Below, one piece after another: positions 39,586-49,685 of a DNA stretch of 64,000 nt. Source of the DNA: an uncultured bacterium (GTDB lineage: Bacteria; Zixibacteria; MSB-5A5; GN15; FEB-12); assembly GCA_965372795.1 (NCBI GenBank), contig CBDVDR010000002.1, positions 160,001-224,000 on the forward strand, in the 5' to 3' direction. Both the position numbers and the translations under genes were made by a program. Each line of letters begins with the position of its first letter. Position 1 is the stretch's first letter. Below the pieces are notes generated by a model that was given only the letters and a program-made list of their open reading frames with translations, did not search any database and was not told the DNA's origin.

Positions 39586-42453
39586 ATGGCTGCCAGAAAA
39601 ACTGTAGCAAAGAAAAAGACGGCCAAAAAAGCCGTAAAACAAAAGAAAAAAGCAACACCGAAGGTGACCAAAAAAGTGATGAAAACTGAGACTAAAGAAA
39701 AGACCGTTAAAGCAAAAACTGCTGTTAAGTCGAAGACTGAAAAGCCAAAAGTTGCTAAGGCGAAAGATACAAAAGTAAAATCGACCGGGAAATATTATTA
39801 TTTCTTTGGCTCTGGTAAAGCCGAAGGAAAAGCATCCATGAAAGATGAACTTGGCGGCAAAGGTGCAAATCTGGCCGAAATGACAAATACCGGAGTTCCG
39901 GTTCCTCCCGGTTTTACAATTTCAACCGCAGCCTGTCATCTGTTTTATGAACAAGGGATGAAAATCCCCAAAGATATCAACAGTGATATGGTACCTTATA
40001 TTGGGAAAATAGAAAAGGCGACCGGACAGAAGTTTGGTGATCCGGAAAATCCTCTGCTAATTTCGGTTCGTTCCGGTGCAAAATATTCTATGCCGGGAAT
40101 GATGGATACAATTCTAAATCTTGGGTTGAATGAAGCGACAGTCAACGGCCTTGCAGAAAAAACCAAAAATCCGCGATTTGCATTGGATAACTATCGTAGA
40201 TTTATTTCGATGTTTGGCGATGTGGTTTTGGGTATTGATCGTGATCTGTTTGAGGGCGTAATCGATAAGAAGAAAAAAGATCGCAAAGTAAAACAGGATA
40301 GCTCGCTTCAAGCCAACGATCTTCAGGAAATTGTAAAACGATTTAAACAAATTATTAAACGCAAGACCGGTGAAGTATTCCCTGATGATCCATGGGATCA
40401 GCTTCAGATGTCCCGTGATGCGGTTTTCCGCAGTTGGAATAATCCTCGTGCGATTTCTTATCGCCGGATGAATAATATTCCTTCTGATATTGGTACGGCG
40501 GTCAATATTCAAGCTATGGTATTCGGGAATATGGGCAATGATTCTGCCACCGGGGTTGGATTTACCCGTAACCCATCGAACGGTGAAAAAGAATTTTATG
40601 GCGAATTTTTGGTTAATGCCCAGGGTGAAGATGTTGTTGCCGGAATAAGAACACCACAGCAGATAAAAAATCTTGAAAAAATAATGCCGGATGCATTTAA
40701 GAAGCTCAAAACAATCACTACGAAACTTGAGAAACATTACGCCGAGATCCAGGATTTTGAGTTTACTATTCAGCAGGGTAAATTATTCATGCTTCAAACC
40801 AGAAATGGTAAACGGACCGTTCAGGCGGCAATTAAAATTGCAGTTGATATGGTCAACGAGAAGCTGATAACTAAAGAAGAAGCCATTAAACGGATAGAGC
40901 CCGATCAATTGGATCAGCTGCTTCATCCGAGAATTGACCCCAGCGCCAAATGTGAAGTGTTTGCAAAAGGTCTTGCCGCTTCACCGGGAGCAGCTTCCGG
41001 GATGGTCTTTTTTACGGCAGAAGAAGCTGTAAAAAATGCCGGTAAGAAAACAGTCATCCTTGTTCGTGAAGAGACAAATCCGGATGATATCGAGGGCATG
41101 AACGCCTCTGCTGGTATTTTAACCGCCAGGGGTGGGATGACATCCCATGCTGCTGTGGTTGCTCGAGGAATGGGCAAATGTGCCGTAACCGGTGCTGAAG
41201 CAATTAGAGTGAATCTTAAGAAGAAGCAATTTCAGGTCGGCAAATTAACAATTAAAGAGGGTGAAGTTATCACTCTAAACGGTTCGACCGGTGAAATCAT
41301 GATGGGTAAGGTTCCAACAATAGAGCCTGAATTATCCGGTGAATTTTCAACCTTCATGAGTTGGGCTGATGAATTTCGTACTTTAAAAGTCAGGACAAAT
41401 GCTGATACGCCTAAAGATGCTGTTAAAGCGCTTAAATTTGGGGCTGAAGGAATCGGACTTTGTCGCACAGAACATATGTTTTTTGCAGATGATAGAATTC
41501 CAATTGTTCAAAATATGATAATCGCCGATTCACCTGAAGAACGTCAGGCTGCTTTGGATAAACTTTTAAATTTCCAGAAAAAAGATTTCAAAGCGATCTT
41601 TGATGCGATGCAGGGAAAGCCGGTCACAATCCGGACTCTTGATCCACCTCTGCATGAATTCCTTCCTTCAAAAGAAGAAATTAATTTACAGCTCCAGGAT
41701 CTTGATGAAGAACTGGATGATTATGAAGAAAGAAAAGAACGATTGGAGAAATTCCTTCGTCGTATAGATGAGCTCAAAGAAGTTAATCCAATGCTTGGAC
41801 AACGAGGGTGTCGTTTAGGGATTTTGTATCCGGAAATAACTGAGATGCAGACCCGGGCTATTATTAAAGCAGCCTGTGAACTTGTAAAAGACAAAAAGAA
41901 AGTTATGCCGGAAATCATGATACCTTTGGTAGGACATATCAATGAGTTCAAGCATCAAAAAGAAGTTGTTCAGAGAATAGCTAATGAAATCATCTCAAAA
42001 ACCAAAGCGAAAGTGCTTGATTATAAAATAGGCACCATGATTGAGATTCCAAGGGCAGCTTTAACAGCTGATGAAATAGCTGAGGAAGCTGAATTCTTCA
42101 GTTTTGGTACTAATGATTTAACCCAGATGACCATGGGATTCTCAAGAGATGATGCCGGCAAATTCCTTTCGCACTATGTCGAAAATGATATTTTACCGCA
42201 TGATCCATTTGTCTCGATTGACCAGGATGGTGTCGGTCAACTCATAAAGATGGGTAAAGAGAAAGGTCGGGCGGTTAAGCCTGATTTGAAGATAGGAATT
42301 TGCGGTGAACATGGCGGTGATCCGAAATCAATTGAGTTCTGCCATAAATTAGGTCTGGACTATGTTTCGTGTTCGCCATATAGGGTGCCGATTGCAAGAC
42401 TGGCCGCTGCTCATGCAGCTTTAGCAGATAAGAAAAAAAGTAAGAAGAAATAG
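39586..42453 (+). CDS. ppdK: Pyruvate, phosphate dikinase with Lys/Ala-rich N-terminal extension
   Basis: LGGKGANLAEM, SVRSGA, GGMTSHAAVVARG, GIGLCRTEHMF and GICGEHGG motifs. Confidence 0.98.
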   Translation: MAARKTVAKKKTAKKAVKQKKKATPKVTKKVMKTETKEKTVKAKTAVKSKTEKPKVAKAKDTKVKSTGKYYYFFGSGKAEGKASMKDELGGKGANLAEMTNTGVPVPPGFTISTAACHLFYEQGMKIPKDINSDMVPYIGKIEKATGQKFGDPENPLLISVRSGAKYSMPGMMDTILNLGLNEATVNGLAEKTKNPRFALDNYRRFISMFGDVVLGIDRDLFEGVIDKKKKDRKVKQDSSLQANDLQEIVKRFKQIIKRKTGEVFPDDPWDQLQMSRDAVFRSWNNPRAISYRRMNNIPSDIGTAVNIQAMVFGNMGNDSATGVGFTRNPSNGEKEFYGEFLVNAQGEDVVAGIRTPQQIKNLEKIMPDAFKKLKTITTKLEKHYAEIQDFEFTIQQGKLFMLQTRNGKRTVQAAIKIAVDMVNEKLITKEEAIKRIEPDQLDQLLHPRIDPSAKCEVFAKGLAASPGAASGMVFFTAEEAVKNAGKKTVILVREETNPDDIEGMNASAGILTARGGMTSHAAVVARGMGKCAVTGAEAIRVNLKKKQFQVGKLTIKEGEVITLNGSTGEIMMGKVPTIEPELSGEFSTFMSWADEFRTLKVRTNADTPKDAVKALKFGAEGIGLCRTEHMFFADDRIPIVQNMIIADSPEERQAALDKLLNFQKKDFKAIFDAMQGKPVTIRTLDPPLHEFLPSKEEINLQLQDLDEELDDYEERKERLEKFLRRIDELKEVNPMLGQRGCRLGILYPEITEMQTRAIIKAACELVKDKKKVMPEIMIPLVGHINEFKHQKEVVQRIANEIISKTKAKVLDYKIGTMIEIPRAALTADEIAEEAEFFSFGTNDLTQMTMGFSRDDAGKFLSHYVENDILPHDPFVSIDQDGVGQLIKMGKEKGRAVKPDLKIGICGEHGGDPKSIEFCHKLGLDYVSCSPYRVPIARLAAAHAALADKKKSKKK

Positions 42454-42479
42454 CGAGCTTCTTATAAGGAAATAATATT

Positions 42480-42515
42480 AAAACCGTCCGGTAATTCACC
42501 GGATGGTTTTTTTTT
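42480..42515 (+). terminator. Intrinsic terminator
   Basis: AAAACCGTCCGGT-N4-ACCGGATGGTTTT followed by a T-run. Confidence 0.85.
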
Positions 42516-42700
42516 GAGCAATTCTAAAAAATTAAAGAGATTGTATTTGAATAAGTTTCACTTGACTTTATAGTATAATATGCTATTTCTTTGTTGGTTA
42601 TGACCGATAAATGAAAAGGAAGATATTCTACTTTCGGACGAGTAAAAATTAAACTTTAGAATTGGTAAATTGTTTGTAATACGTTGAAAGAAAATAAATT

Positions 42701-44809
42701 ATGAAAAAATCATTAGACTCGATATTCAGGCCGAAATCCGTCGCGGTAATCGGAGCATCGAGCGTCAAAGGAAAGATCGGTCGTGAAACAATTCACAACA
42801 TGTTGTTGGCAGAGTTTAACGGAAAAATTTTTCCTGTAAATCCGAAGGCGAGTGTAATTCATTCGATCAAAGCTTATTCAACGATCCTTGATGTGCCGGA
42901 TGCGGTTGATTTGGCCATTGTAATTGTGAATAAAAAATATGTAAAAGATGTTGTGACTCAATGCGGTGAAAAAGGAGTTAAGGGTCTGGTTGTTATCTCT
43001 GCCGGTTTTTCAGAAGTTGGAATTGAAGGAAAAAAAAGAGAACTTGAATTGCTGTCGGTTGTAAATGAATACGGAATGCGGATGATCGGACCAAATTGTT
43101 TTGGGATTGTTAATACCGATCCAAAAATTAGTTTGAACGCAACTTTTGGCAAAATCTTTCCCCGCCCGGGTCGGATTGGTTTTATAACTCAATCGGGAGC
43201 CATGGGCGAGGCGATTATGAATCATGCCAACGAACTTGGTATCGGGTTTTCATTAGTTGCCTCGATTGGTAATAAAGCGGATATTTCTTCTAATGATATT
43301 CTTGAATATTTAAAAGATGATCCCAAGACAGATATCATTTTGATGTATCTGGAAAATTTTGGAAATCCTTTAAACTTCACAAAAATCGCCCGGGAAGTTT
43401 CACGCACAAAACCGATTGTGGTGGTTAAATCAGGTCGGACAACTTTGGGTGCCAAAGCAGCATCGTCACACACCGGAGCCCTCGCCGGGTTAGATGTCGG
43501 GGTGGATGCTTTGTTTGAACAGACCGGAGTGATGCGGGTTGATTCGGTGCAAGAGCTATTTGATGTTGCCGCAACTTTGTCAAAGCAGCCGATCCCTAAA
43601 GGTAATCGGGTTGTAATTGTCACTAATGCCGGCGGTCCGGGAATTCTTGCAACTGATGCTTTGATTAGTAACGGAATGGAAATGCCGGAGCTTTCACCGG
43701 CGACAGTTAAAAAATTGAAAACTTTTATTTCAGCAGAAGCGTCATTTTCAAATCCAATGGATATGGTAGCCGGTGCCGGCGGGAAAGAATTTAAGCTGAC
43801 TTTGGATGCGGTAAAAAATGATAAAAGATATGATGCTATCGTGCCGATTTTTGTACCGCCAGTTACCGTAGACCAGTTGGAAGTAGCGAAAAATATTCAT
43901 GAATCTTTAGCTGATACGAAAAAAACTGTATTAGCCTGTTTTATGGGAGCAGGTGAAAAACCGGTCGGGGTTGAATATTTGAAGGAAAAGAATATACCGG
44001 TATTTATATATCCTGAATCCTTAGCCAAAACATTGGCAACATTATCAAAACATCGCCAATGGCTAAAGAAACCGAGAGGGAAATACCGGAATTTCAAAGT
44101 AGATTCTGATAAAGTTCAATCTATAATCAATACTGCATATAAAAATAAAGAAACTTCGATCATTGGTGACAATGCGATTGAAATTCTCAAAGCTTATGGA
44201 ATTCCGGCTGCGGGATACAAATATGCTAATAGCGGCAAAGAAGCGGTCAAAGCCGCCAACGAAATAGGTTATCCGGTGGTAATGAAAGTTAATACGCCCA
44301 AAATGCTTCATAAGACCGAATTAGGCGGCGTCATGGTTGATTTACGGACTCCGCAAGAAGTGCTAAAAGCCGGTAATGAGCTTGAGGCAAGAGTCGGTAA
44401 ATTGAAAAAAGGGGAGAAGTTTTCTGTTATTTTGCAACAGATGATTTCCGGGAGTATTGAATCAGTAATAGGTATGACAATCGACCCATCGTTTGGTCCT
44501 TTAATTATGTTTGGGCTGGGCGGTATTTATGTCGAAGTGATGAAGGATGTTTCTTTCAGGATTAATCCTCTTACCGATGCCGAAGCCCGTGAGATGATAC
44601 AATCGATCAAATCTTATCCGTTATTGACCGGTTTCCGAGGCACTCAGCCGGTTGATCTGAAAATTCTCGAAGAAACTCTTCTGCGAGTATCTCAACTTGT
44701 GAAAGATTTTGACTGTTTTACAGAGATAGATATAAACCCGTTTATAGCATCACCGGATAAGACGATGTGTAAAGCGGTTGATGCCCGATTTATATTAAAA
44801 AAACAGTAA
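42701..44809 (+). CDS. Acetate/acyl-CoA ligase (ADP-forming), fused alpha-beta
   Basis: P.SVAVIGAS, IGPNC.G, ASSHTGAL, TNAGGPG and C-terminal ATP-grasp (GYPVVMK, HKTELGGV, DINP). Confidence 0.93.
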   Translation: MKKSLDSIFRPKSVAVIGASSVKGKIGRETIHNMLLAEFNGKIFPVNPKASVIHSIKAYSTILDVPDAVDLAIVIVNKKYVKDVVTQCGEKGVKGLVVISAGFSEVGIEGKKRELELLSVVNEYGMRMIGPNCFGIVNTDPKISLNATFGKIFPRPGRIGFITQSGAMGEAIMNHANELGIGFSLVASIGNKADISSNDILEYLKDDPKTDIILMYLENFGNPLNFTKIAREVSRTKPIVVVKSGRTTLGAKAASSHTGALAGLDVGVDALFEQTGVMRVDSVQELFDVAATLSKQPIPKGNRVVIVTNAGGPGILATDALISNGMEMPELSPATVKKLKTFISAEASFSNPMDMVAGAGGKEFKLTLDAVKNDKRYDAIVPIFVPPVTVDQLEVAKNIHESLADTKKTVLACFMGAGEKPVGVEYLKEKNIPVFIYPESLAKTLATLSKHRQWLKKPRGKYRNFKVDSDKVQSIINTAYKNKETSIIGDNAIEILKAYGIPAAGYKYANSGKEAVKAANEIGYPVVMKVNTPKMLHKTELGGVMVDLRTPQEVLKAGNELEARVGKLKKGEKFSVILQQMISGSIESVIGMTIDPSFGPLIMFGLGGIYVEVMKDVSFRINPLTDAEAREMIQSIKSYPLLTGFRGTQPVDLKILEETLLRVSQLVKDFDCFTEIDINPFIASPDKTMCKAVDARFILKKQ

Positions 44810-44935
44810 TTTCTCTCTATTGACTTGATTTCATTATTTGTGTAAATAGTAATTCCAACCGGTTTCTTAACTGGAAACCGGTGAGGTCTATGTTGGCAGG
44901 AAAGCTGGTATTGTTCATTCTGAATAGGAGTTATT

Positions 44936-45448
44936 ATGAAATATGAATTGAAGTCAATAGGTATCTGGTCATTTTTTAAAATCTCATTTTTTATAAATGC
45001 AGTCTTCGGATTTATCTTTGGTTTCTTCTATGCAATTTTTGTCGGACTTATAATGGCAGTTGCGTCGAATATCCCGTTTCTTCAATCTGAAGAATTTGCA
45101 TCAGAGGATATGTCAATTGGTCTTTTAATGATTGTTATGCCGATTGTGATGGCTGTTTTTATGGCTGTCTTTAATACGATTGTTGGCTCAATAATATTAT
45201 TAATCTATAATTTGTTTTCCAAATTACTTGGCGGGATTGAGTTTAATTTTGAAAAAGAAATTGATGAACCTGCTGCTCCAATAGTTGCAACTCCTCAGCC
45301 GTCTTATGCTCCGCCTCAACAAAGTCCGCCGCCACCACCACCTCCGCCGCCGGCACCTGCACCGTCAGAACCGATTATTCAGGATCAAGCCGAGCCAAAA
45401 CTACCCGAGCAGAACAATGATGATAATGATAGTAAGCAGAATAACTAA
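44936..45448 (+). CDS. DUF3566-like 2-TM membrane protein with Pro-rich tail
   Basis: ELKSIGIWSFFK...IYNLFSKLLGGIEF. Confidence 0.65.
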   Translation: MKYELKSIGIWSFFKISFFINAVFGFIFGFFYAIFVGLIMAVASNIPFLQSEEFASEDMSIGLLMIVMPIVMAVFMAVFNTIVGSIILLIYNLFSKLLGGIEFNFEKEIDEPAAPIVATPQPSYAPPQQSPPPPPPPPPAPAPSEPIIQDQAEPKLPEQNNDDNDSKQNN

Positions 45449-45471
45449 CAACTTTAGAGAGTAGAAAATAA

Positions 45472-46923
45472 ATGACCGATTCAAAAGTAAAAGTTCGCAT
45501 TGCTCCATCACCTTCGGGATATGTTCATGTTGGCACCGCACGCATGGCGATTTGTAATTTTCTTTTTGCCCGCCATTATGGCGGAGAGTTTTTAGTGCGA
45601 ATTGAAGATACTGATAGCGAGCGGTCTGATCAAAGTTTGATCGAACCTATTTTAGATGCCATTCGCTGGTTGAAATGCGACTGGGATGGGGAAATTATCA
45701 GGCAGTCGGAAAGAATTGAGCTTTACAAAGGGTATGCTCAGAAAATTCTTAAATCCGGCGCCGGTTATAGATGTTTTTGCTCGCGGGAACAGCTTGAGAA
45801 AGACAGAGCCGAAGATCGTAAAAAAAAGGAAGCACCTCGCCGTCATAACCGCTGTCATTTTCTATCTCAAGAGGAGATTGATGCAAAAGTTAGCGCTGGT
45901 GATGAATTTACGATTCGTTTGTTTATTCCTGATGGTGTTACCGTTTATAATGATATGGTGCTGGGCGAAGTAAAAAGAAACAACGATGATATCGAAGATT
46001 TTATTATTGCCCGTTCTGATGGGACGGCTGTTTATAATTTAGCGGTTGTGGTTGATGATAATGATATGGGTATAACTCATGTTATAAGAGGGAATGACCA
46101 CGTTACTAATACATTTAAGCAGGTTCATATTTATAAGGCGCTTGGTTTTGAAGAGCCTGTTTTTGGACATATGCCTTTAATCCTCAGACCTGATAAAAAG
46201 AAGGTTTCAAAACGGCTTGGGGATAAAGGTGTTGGTGAATATCAGAAAGAGGGTATTCTGCCGGAGTCACTTTTTAATTATTTATGTCTTTTAGGCTGGT
46301 CGCCAAAAACCGATCAGGAAGTTTACTCGATTGAAAAGTTGATAGATATATTTACCGAGAAAAATTTTAATGCATCAAACGCTGTATTTGATGAAGATAA
46401 ATTGGTCGCTTTCAATAAAGATCATATTGCGATGAAACCTACACATGAACTTGCCACAATTGTAGCACCTTTATTTATTGAGGCTGATATTCAGAGTAAA
46501 TACTGGTTTGAGACGCGATGGGAATATCTCTGTCAGGTGGTCGAGGCGTTAAAGGGACGGGTGCGACGGCTGCATGATTTTGTTGATATGGGCAGTTATT
46601 TCTTTCAATTTGATTATAAATATGAAGAGAAAGCAAGGCTGAAACATTTTAACCTTGAAAATGCCGAGCTTCTTGAAGAACTTGCCAACAGGTTTGAAAA
46701 GTTGGATAAGTTTGATCATGAATCAGCCGAGCAGGTGATAACTGCAATGGCAGAGGAGAAAGAGTTTAAAAAAGCAAAACTGATTCATCCGACCCGATTG
46801 GCAACATCGGGAACTTCAGCCGGACCGGGATTGTATGACCTTCTGATAATATTAACCCAGCCGGTAGTCGTTGAAAGAATCAGAAAAGCGGTTGAATATA
46901 TCCGTAAAGAAAACAATAATTGA
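45472..46923 (+). CDS. gltX: Glutamate--tRNA ligase
   Basis: RIAPSPSG..HVG, RIEDTD, ITHVIRG.DH and KVSKR motifs; anticodon-binding domain. Confidence 0.97.
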   Translation: MTDSKVKVRIAPSPSGYVHVGTARMAICNFLFARHYGGEFLVRIEDTDSERSDQSLIEPILDAIRWLKCDWDGEIIRQSERIELYKGYAQKILKSGAGYRCFCSREQLEKDRAEDRKKKEAPRRHNRCHFLSQEEIDAKVSAGDEFTIRLFIPDGVTVYNDMVLGEVKRNNDDIEDFIIARSDGTAVYNLAVVVDDNDMGITHVIRGNDHVTNTFKQVHIYKALGFEEPVFGHMPLILRPDKKKVSKRLGDKGVGEYQKEGILPESLFNYLCLLGWSPKTDQEVYSIEKLIDIFTEKNFNASNAVFDEDKLVAFNKDHIAMKPTHELATIVAPLFIEADIQSKYWFETRWEYLCQVVEALKGRVRRLHDFVDMGSYFFQFDYKYEEKARLKHFNLENAELLEELANRFEKLDKFDHESAEQVITAMAEEKEFKKAKLIHPTRLATSGTSAGPGLYDLLIILTQPVVVERIRKAVEYIRKENNN

Positions 46924-46936
46924 AGTAGAGGATATT

Positions 46937-47434
46937 ATGTCTAACTCAAAAGAAAAAATTGCTGAAACTTTGAAAATAGCAATCAGAGGCGAAGAAGACG
47001 GCTACAAGTTTTATGATTATGTTGCAAAAAAAGCAACCAATAAGATAGCCAAGAAAAAACTTGAAAGTCTTCGAGATGATGAAGTTCGTCATCGTCAAAC
47101 ATTGATTGAGATATTCAAAGAATATGTCGGTGGTGAAATTGGTGAATTGCCGGAAAAAGGTCTTTCGGTTTTAACTGAGATTTTTAAAAAAGGTCAGTTG
47201 AACAAGATCAGCAGTGAAATGGAATTTATCAATCTTGCAATCGAGGCAGAGTTAGCGGCAACAAAATATTATCAGGATCAACGTGACCTGGTTGATGACC
47301 CTACTTTCAGAGAGATTTTTGATAAATTGGCCGATGAAGAACATGGTCACTATGAATTGTTGATGGCTGAACGTGAAGCATTGAGCGGCAATTATAATTG
47401 GTTTGGATATGGCGAAGCTCCGATGGAGCACTAA
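46937..47434 (+). CDS. Ferritin-like (rubrerythrin diiron domain) protein
   Basis: Two E..(G/A)...Y...(D/E)E..H repeats; GAGG RBS before ATG 46937. Confidence 0.88.
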   Translation: MSNSKEKIAETLKIAIRGEEDGYKFYDYVAKKATNKIAKKKLESLRDDEVRHRQTLIEIFKEYVGGEIGELPEKGLSVLTEIFKKGQLNKISSEMEFINLAIEAELAATKYYQDQRDLVDDPTFREIFDKLADEEHGHYELLMAEREALSGNYNWFGYGEAPMEH

Positions 47435-47467
47435 AAATCAGTAATCAATTGAGGGAGGAACAAGGAG

Positions 47468-47623
47468 ATGCAGTGGGTATGTGATATTTGCGGATATGTT
47501 CATGATGATGAAGAACCCCCGCCGAATTGTCCAGTGTGTGGGGCTCCTGAAAATCATTTTTCTGAATATGTAGAGAAAGATAAATCAGAAGATTCTTCTG
47601 AGAAGGAACGAAAGAATAAATAG
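47468..47623 (+). CDS. Rubredoxin-like protein, 51 aa (absent from ORF track)
   Basis: MQWVCDICGYVH....PPPNCPVCGAP; GGAGG/AAGGAG upstream. Confidence 0.88.
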   Translation: MQWVCDICGYVHDDEEPPPNCPVCGAPENHFSEYVEKDKSEDSSEKERKNK

Positions 47624-47640
47624 AGGGAGATTTCTATTTT

Positions 47641-48135
47641 ATGTCAAACATTAGTAAAGAGAAAGTCGAACTCGAAATAAACGATACCGCTCCGGATCTG
47701 ACCCTTCAAACTCATAATGAAGGGGAACTGAACCTGGCCTGGTACCGGGGCCGGAAAAATGTGATTCTGGCATTTTATCCGGGCGATTGGACACCCGTTT
47801 GTTCATCACAAATGGCACAATATAATGATGTGATAAGCCAGCTTGAAGATCTGGAAACTCAATTATTCGGGTTGTCTGTTGATTCAATATTTTCTCATCG
47901 AGCGTGGGCGAAGTCACTTGGCGGATTAGCATTTCCGTTGATGGCTGATTTTTATCCTCACGGCGAGGCAGCTCAAAAATATGGTGTTTTTAATCCTCGC
48001 GGGTATTGTGAAAGAGTCGTATTTTTAATCGATAAAGAAGGTTTGATCCAATATATTGAGAAACCGGATATTAGTGAAGTTCCCAATTTAAAAGAGCTTC
48101 TGACCAGAATCGAGAATCTGGAAAAAAAGAGCTAA
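47641..48135 (+). CDS. Peroxiredoxin (AhpC/TSA, AhpE-like)
   Basis: APD.TL, FYPGDWTPVC, SVDS..SH.AW and ERVVFLID motifs. Confidence 0.9.
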   Translation: MSNISKEKVELEINDTAPDLTLQTHNEGELNLAWYRGRKNVILAFYPGDWTPVCSSQMAQYNDVISQLEDLETQLFGLSVDSIFSHRAWAKSLGGLAFPLMADFYPHGEAAQKYGVFNPRGYCERVVFLIDKEGLIQYIEKPDISEVPNLKELLTRIENLEKKS

Positions 48136-48198
48136 TTTATTGAACCAGATTGCTTGTTTCTTGTTGAGAATCTAAAAGGAACAAGAAGGAGAAATATT

Positions 48199-48636
48199 GT
48201 GCTAAAATTGGACTCAAATGCTCCCGATTTTAACCTTGAAAGCTCAACCGGCGGAGAATTATCTTTAAAGGAAATTTCAGGGAAATATGCTGTAATTGTG
48301 TTTTATCCAAAAAATAACACCCCCGGCTGAAACAGTCAATTAGCAGCTCTGGAAGAGTTGAAAGAGAAATTTGCAGAAATGAATACTTTGGTCTTAGCTA
48401 TAAATCCGGCTTCGGTGACCTCGCATATTAGTTATAGTGCGAAAAAAGGATTTAGTTTTCCGATCTTATCTGATCCTGACGGTAAAATATTGAAAGCTTA
48501 TCTGGCTGAAAAACCGGAAGGTAAAGGAGTGTTGCGAACGGTTTATGCTCTTGACGGAGATGGGAAAGTGATCTTTGCCGAACGCGGGATGGCTGATTAT
48601 AAAGATATAATAGAGATTATCAGACAGGCATCATAA
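48199..48636 (+). CDS. BCP-like peroxiredoxin with selenocysteine (UGA at codon 44)
   Basis: AAGGAG + GTG at 48199; APDFNL...FYPKNNTPG-TGA-NSQL continues in frame into ORF 48358-48636. Confidence 0.85.
48344..48360 (+). promoter_or_regulatory. Candidate bacterial SECIS hairpin
   Basis: CAGCTCT-GGA-AGAGTTG; G-initiated apical loop 20 nt after the UGA. Confidence 0.5.
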
Positions 48637-49683
48637 ATGAATCAAGATAACCAGAATGAAATATTTGATATAACTTTTATCGGCGCCGGACCGGTGGCTC
48701 TTTATGGGATGTATTATGCCGGCTTGCGGATGATGAAAATGAAAGCTGTTGATATGCTCGAAGAAGTCGGCGGCGGTTTAATGGCTTTGTACCCTGAAAA
48801 GTATATTTATGATGTTGCGGGATTCCCCAAAGTGATGAGTAAAGAGCTGGTTCGCAATCTTGAAAAACAAGCCCTTCAATATCCCAATTCACTTTGCCTT
48901 GGCGAAAAGGTTATCAGTCTTGAAAAAAGAGAAGACGATATTTTAGAACTGACCACTAACAAGGGTGTGCATCTTTCAAAGACAGTCATTGTCTGTGCGG
49001 GGCTGGGTGCTTATATCCCCAAGAAAATTGATATCCCCAATATTGAAAAATTGGAAGGTCATGGCGTTTATTATTTCTGCCGCAACCTTGAAGATTTTGA
49101 GGAAAAGAAAATATTGATTGTCGGCGGGGGAGATGCGGCCTTTGATTATTCGATGATGTTGGAGCCGATAGCCAAGTCGATTACTCATATTCATCGGAAT
49201 AGTTTTTTTGCGGCTCATGAAGATTCGGTTAACAAGGTTAAGGAATCATCGGTTGATTTGAGATTTCCATTCTGGGAATTAAAAGAAATTAAGGGTGAAG
49301 AATGGGTTAAATCAGTAACGATCTTCAACTCGGAAAGCGGAGAGACTGAGTCCTTTGATGTAGATGCCGTAGTGTTAAATATAGGATTTTTAACCAATCT
49401 CGGACCGATTGCCGATTGGGGATTGGAAATTAAAAATAATTCAATTCAGGTTGATTCCCGGATGCGTACAAATATTGAAGGAATATATGCTGCGGGTGAT
49501 ATTGTCACCTATGATGGTAAGATTAAATTGATTTCAACCGGATGCGGCGAAGTTGCCATTGCTGTCAATAATGCTAAAAACTTTATTGATCCCCGTGCCA
49601 AAGTATCGCCGGGGCATTCGACGGAAAAACATGTATTAGTGAAACGAAAAATTAAAAAGAAATTAAGAGCGGAAAAACAATAA
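48637..49683 (+). CDS. TrxB-type ferredoxin--NADP+ reductase (YumC-like)
   Basis: IGAGP, GG.LMALYPEKYIYDVAGFP, GGGDAAFD, GIYAAGD and PGHST; no CxxC. Confidence 0.88.
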   Translation: MNQDNQNEIFDITFIGAGPVALYGMYYAGLRMMKMKAVDMLEEVGGGLMALYPEKYIYDVAGFPKVMSKELVRNLEKQALQYPNSLCLGEKVISLEKREDDILELTTNKGVHLSKTVIVCAGLGAYIPKKIDIPNIEKLEGHGVYYFCRNLEDFEEKKILIVGGGDAAFDYSMMLEPIAKSITHIHRNSFFAAHEDSVNKVKESSVDLRFPFWELKEIKGEEWVKSVTIFNSESGETESFDVDAVVLNIGFLTNLGPIADWGLEIKNNSIQVDSRMRTNIEGIYAAGDIVTYDGKIKLISTGCGEVAIAVNNAKNFIDPRAKVSPGHSTEKHVLVKRKIKKKLRAEKQ

Positions 49684-49685
49684 CG

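Noticed and set aside
48328..48330. Pseudogene by nonsense mutation
   Set aside because: The UGA falls exactly on the catalytic Cys column, both flanks are intact and a SECIS-like hairpin follows; Sec is more parsimonious, though unproven.
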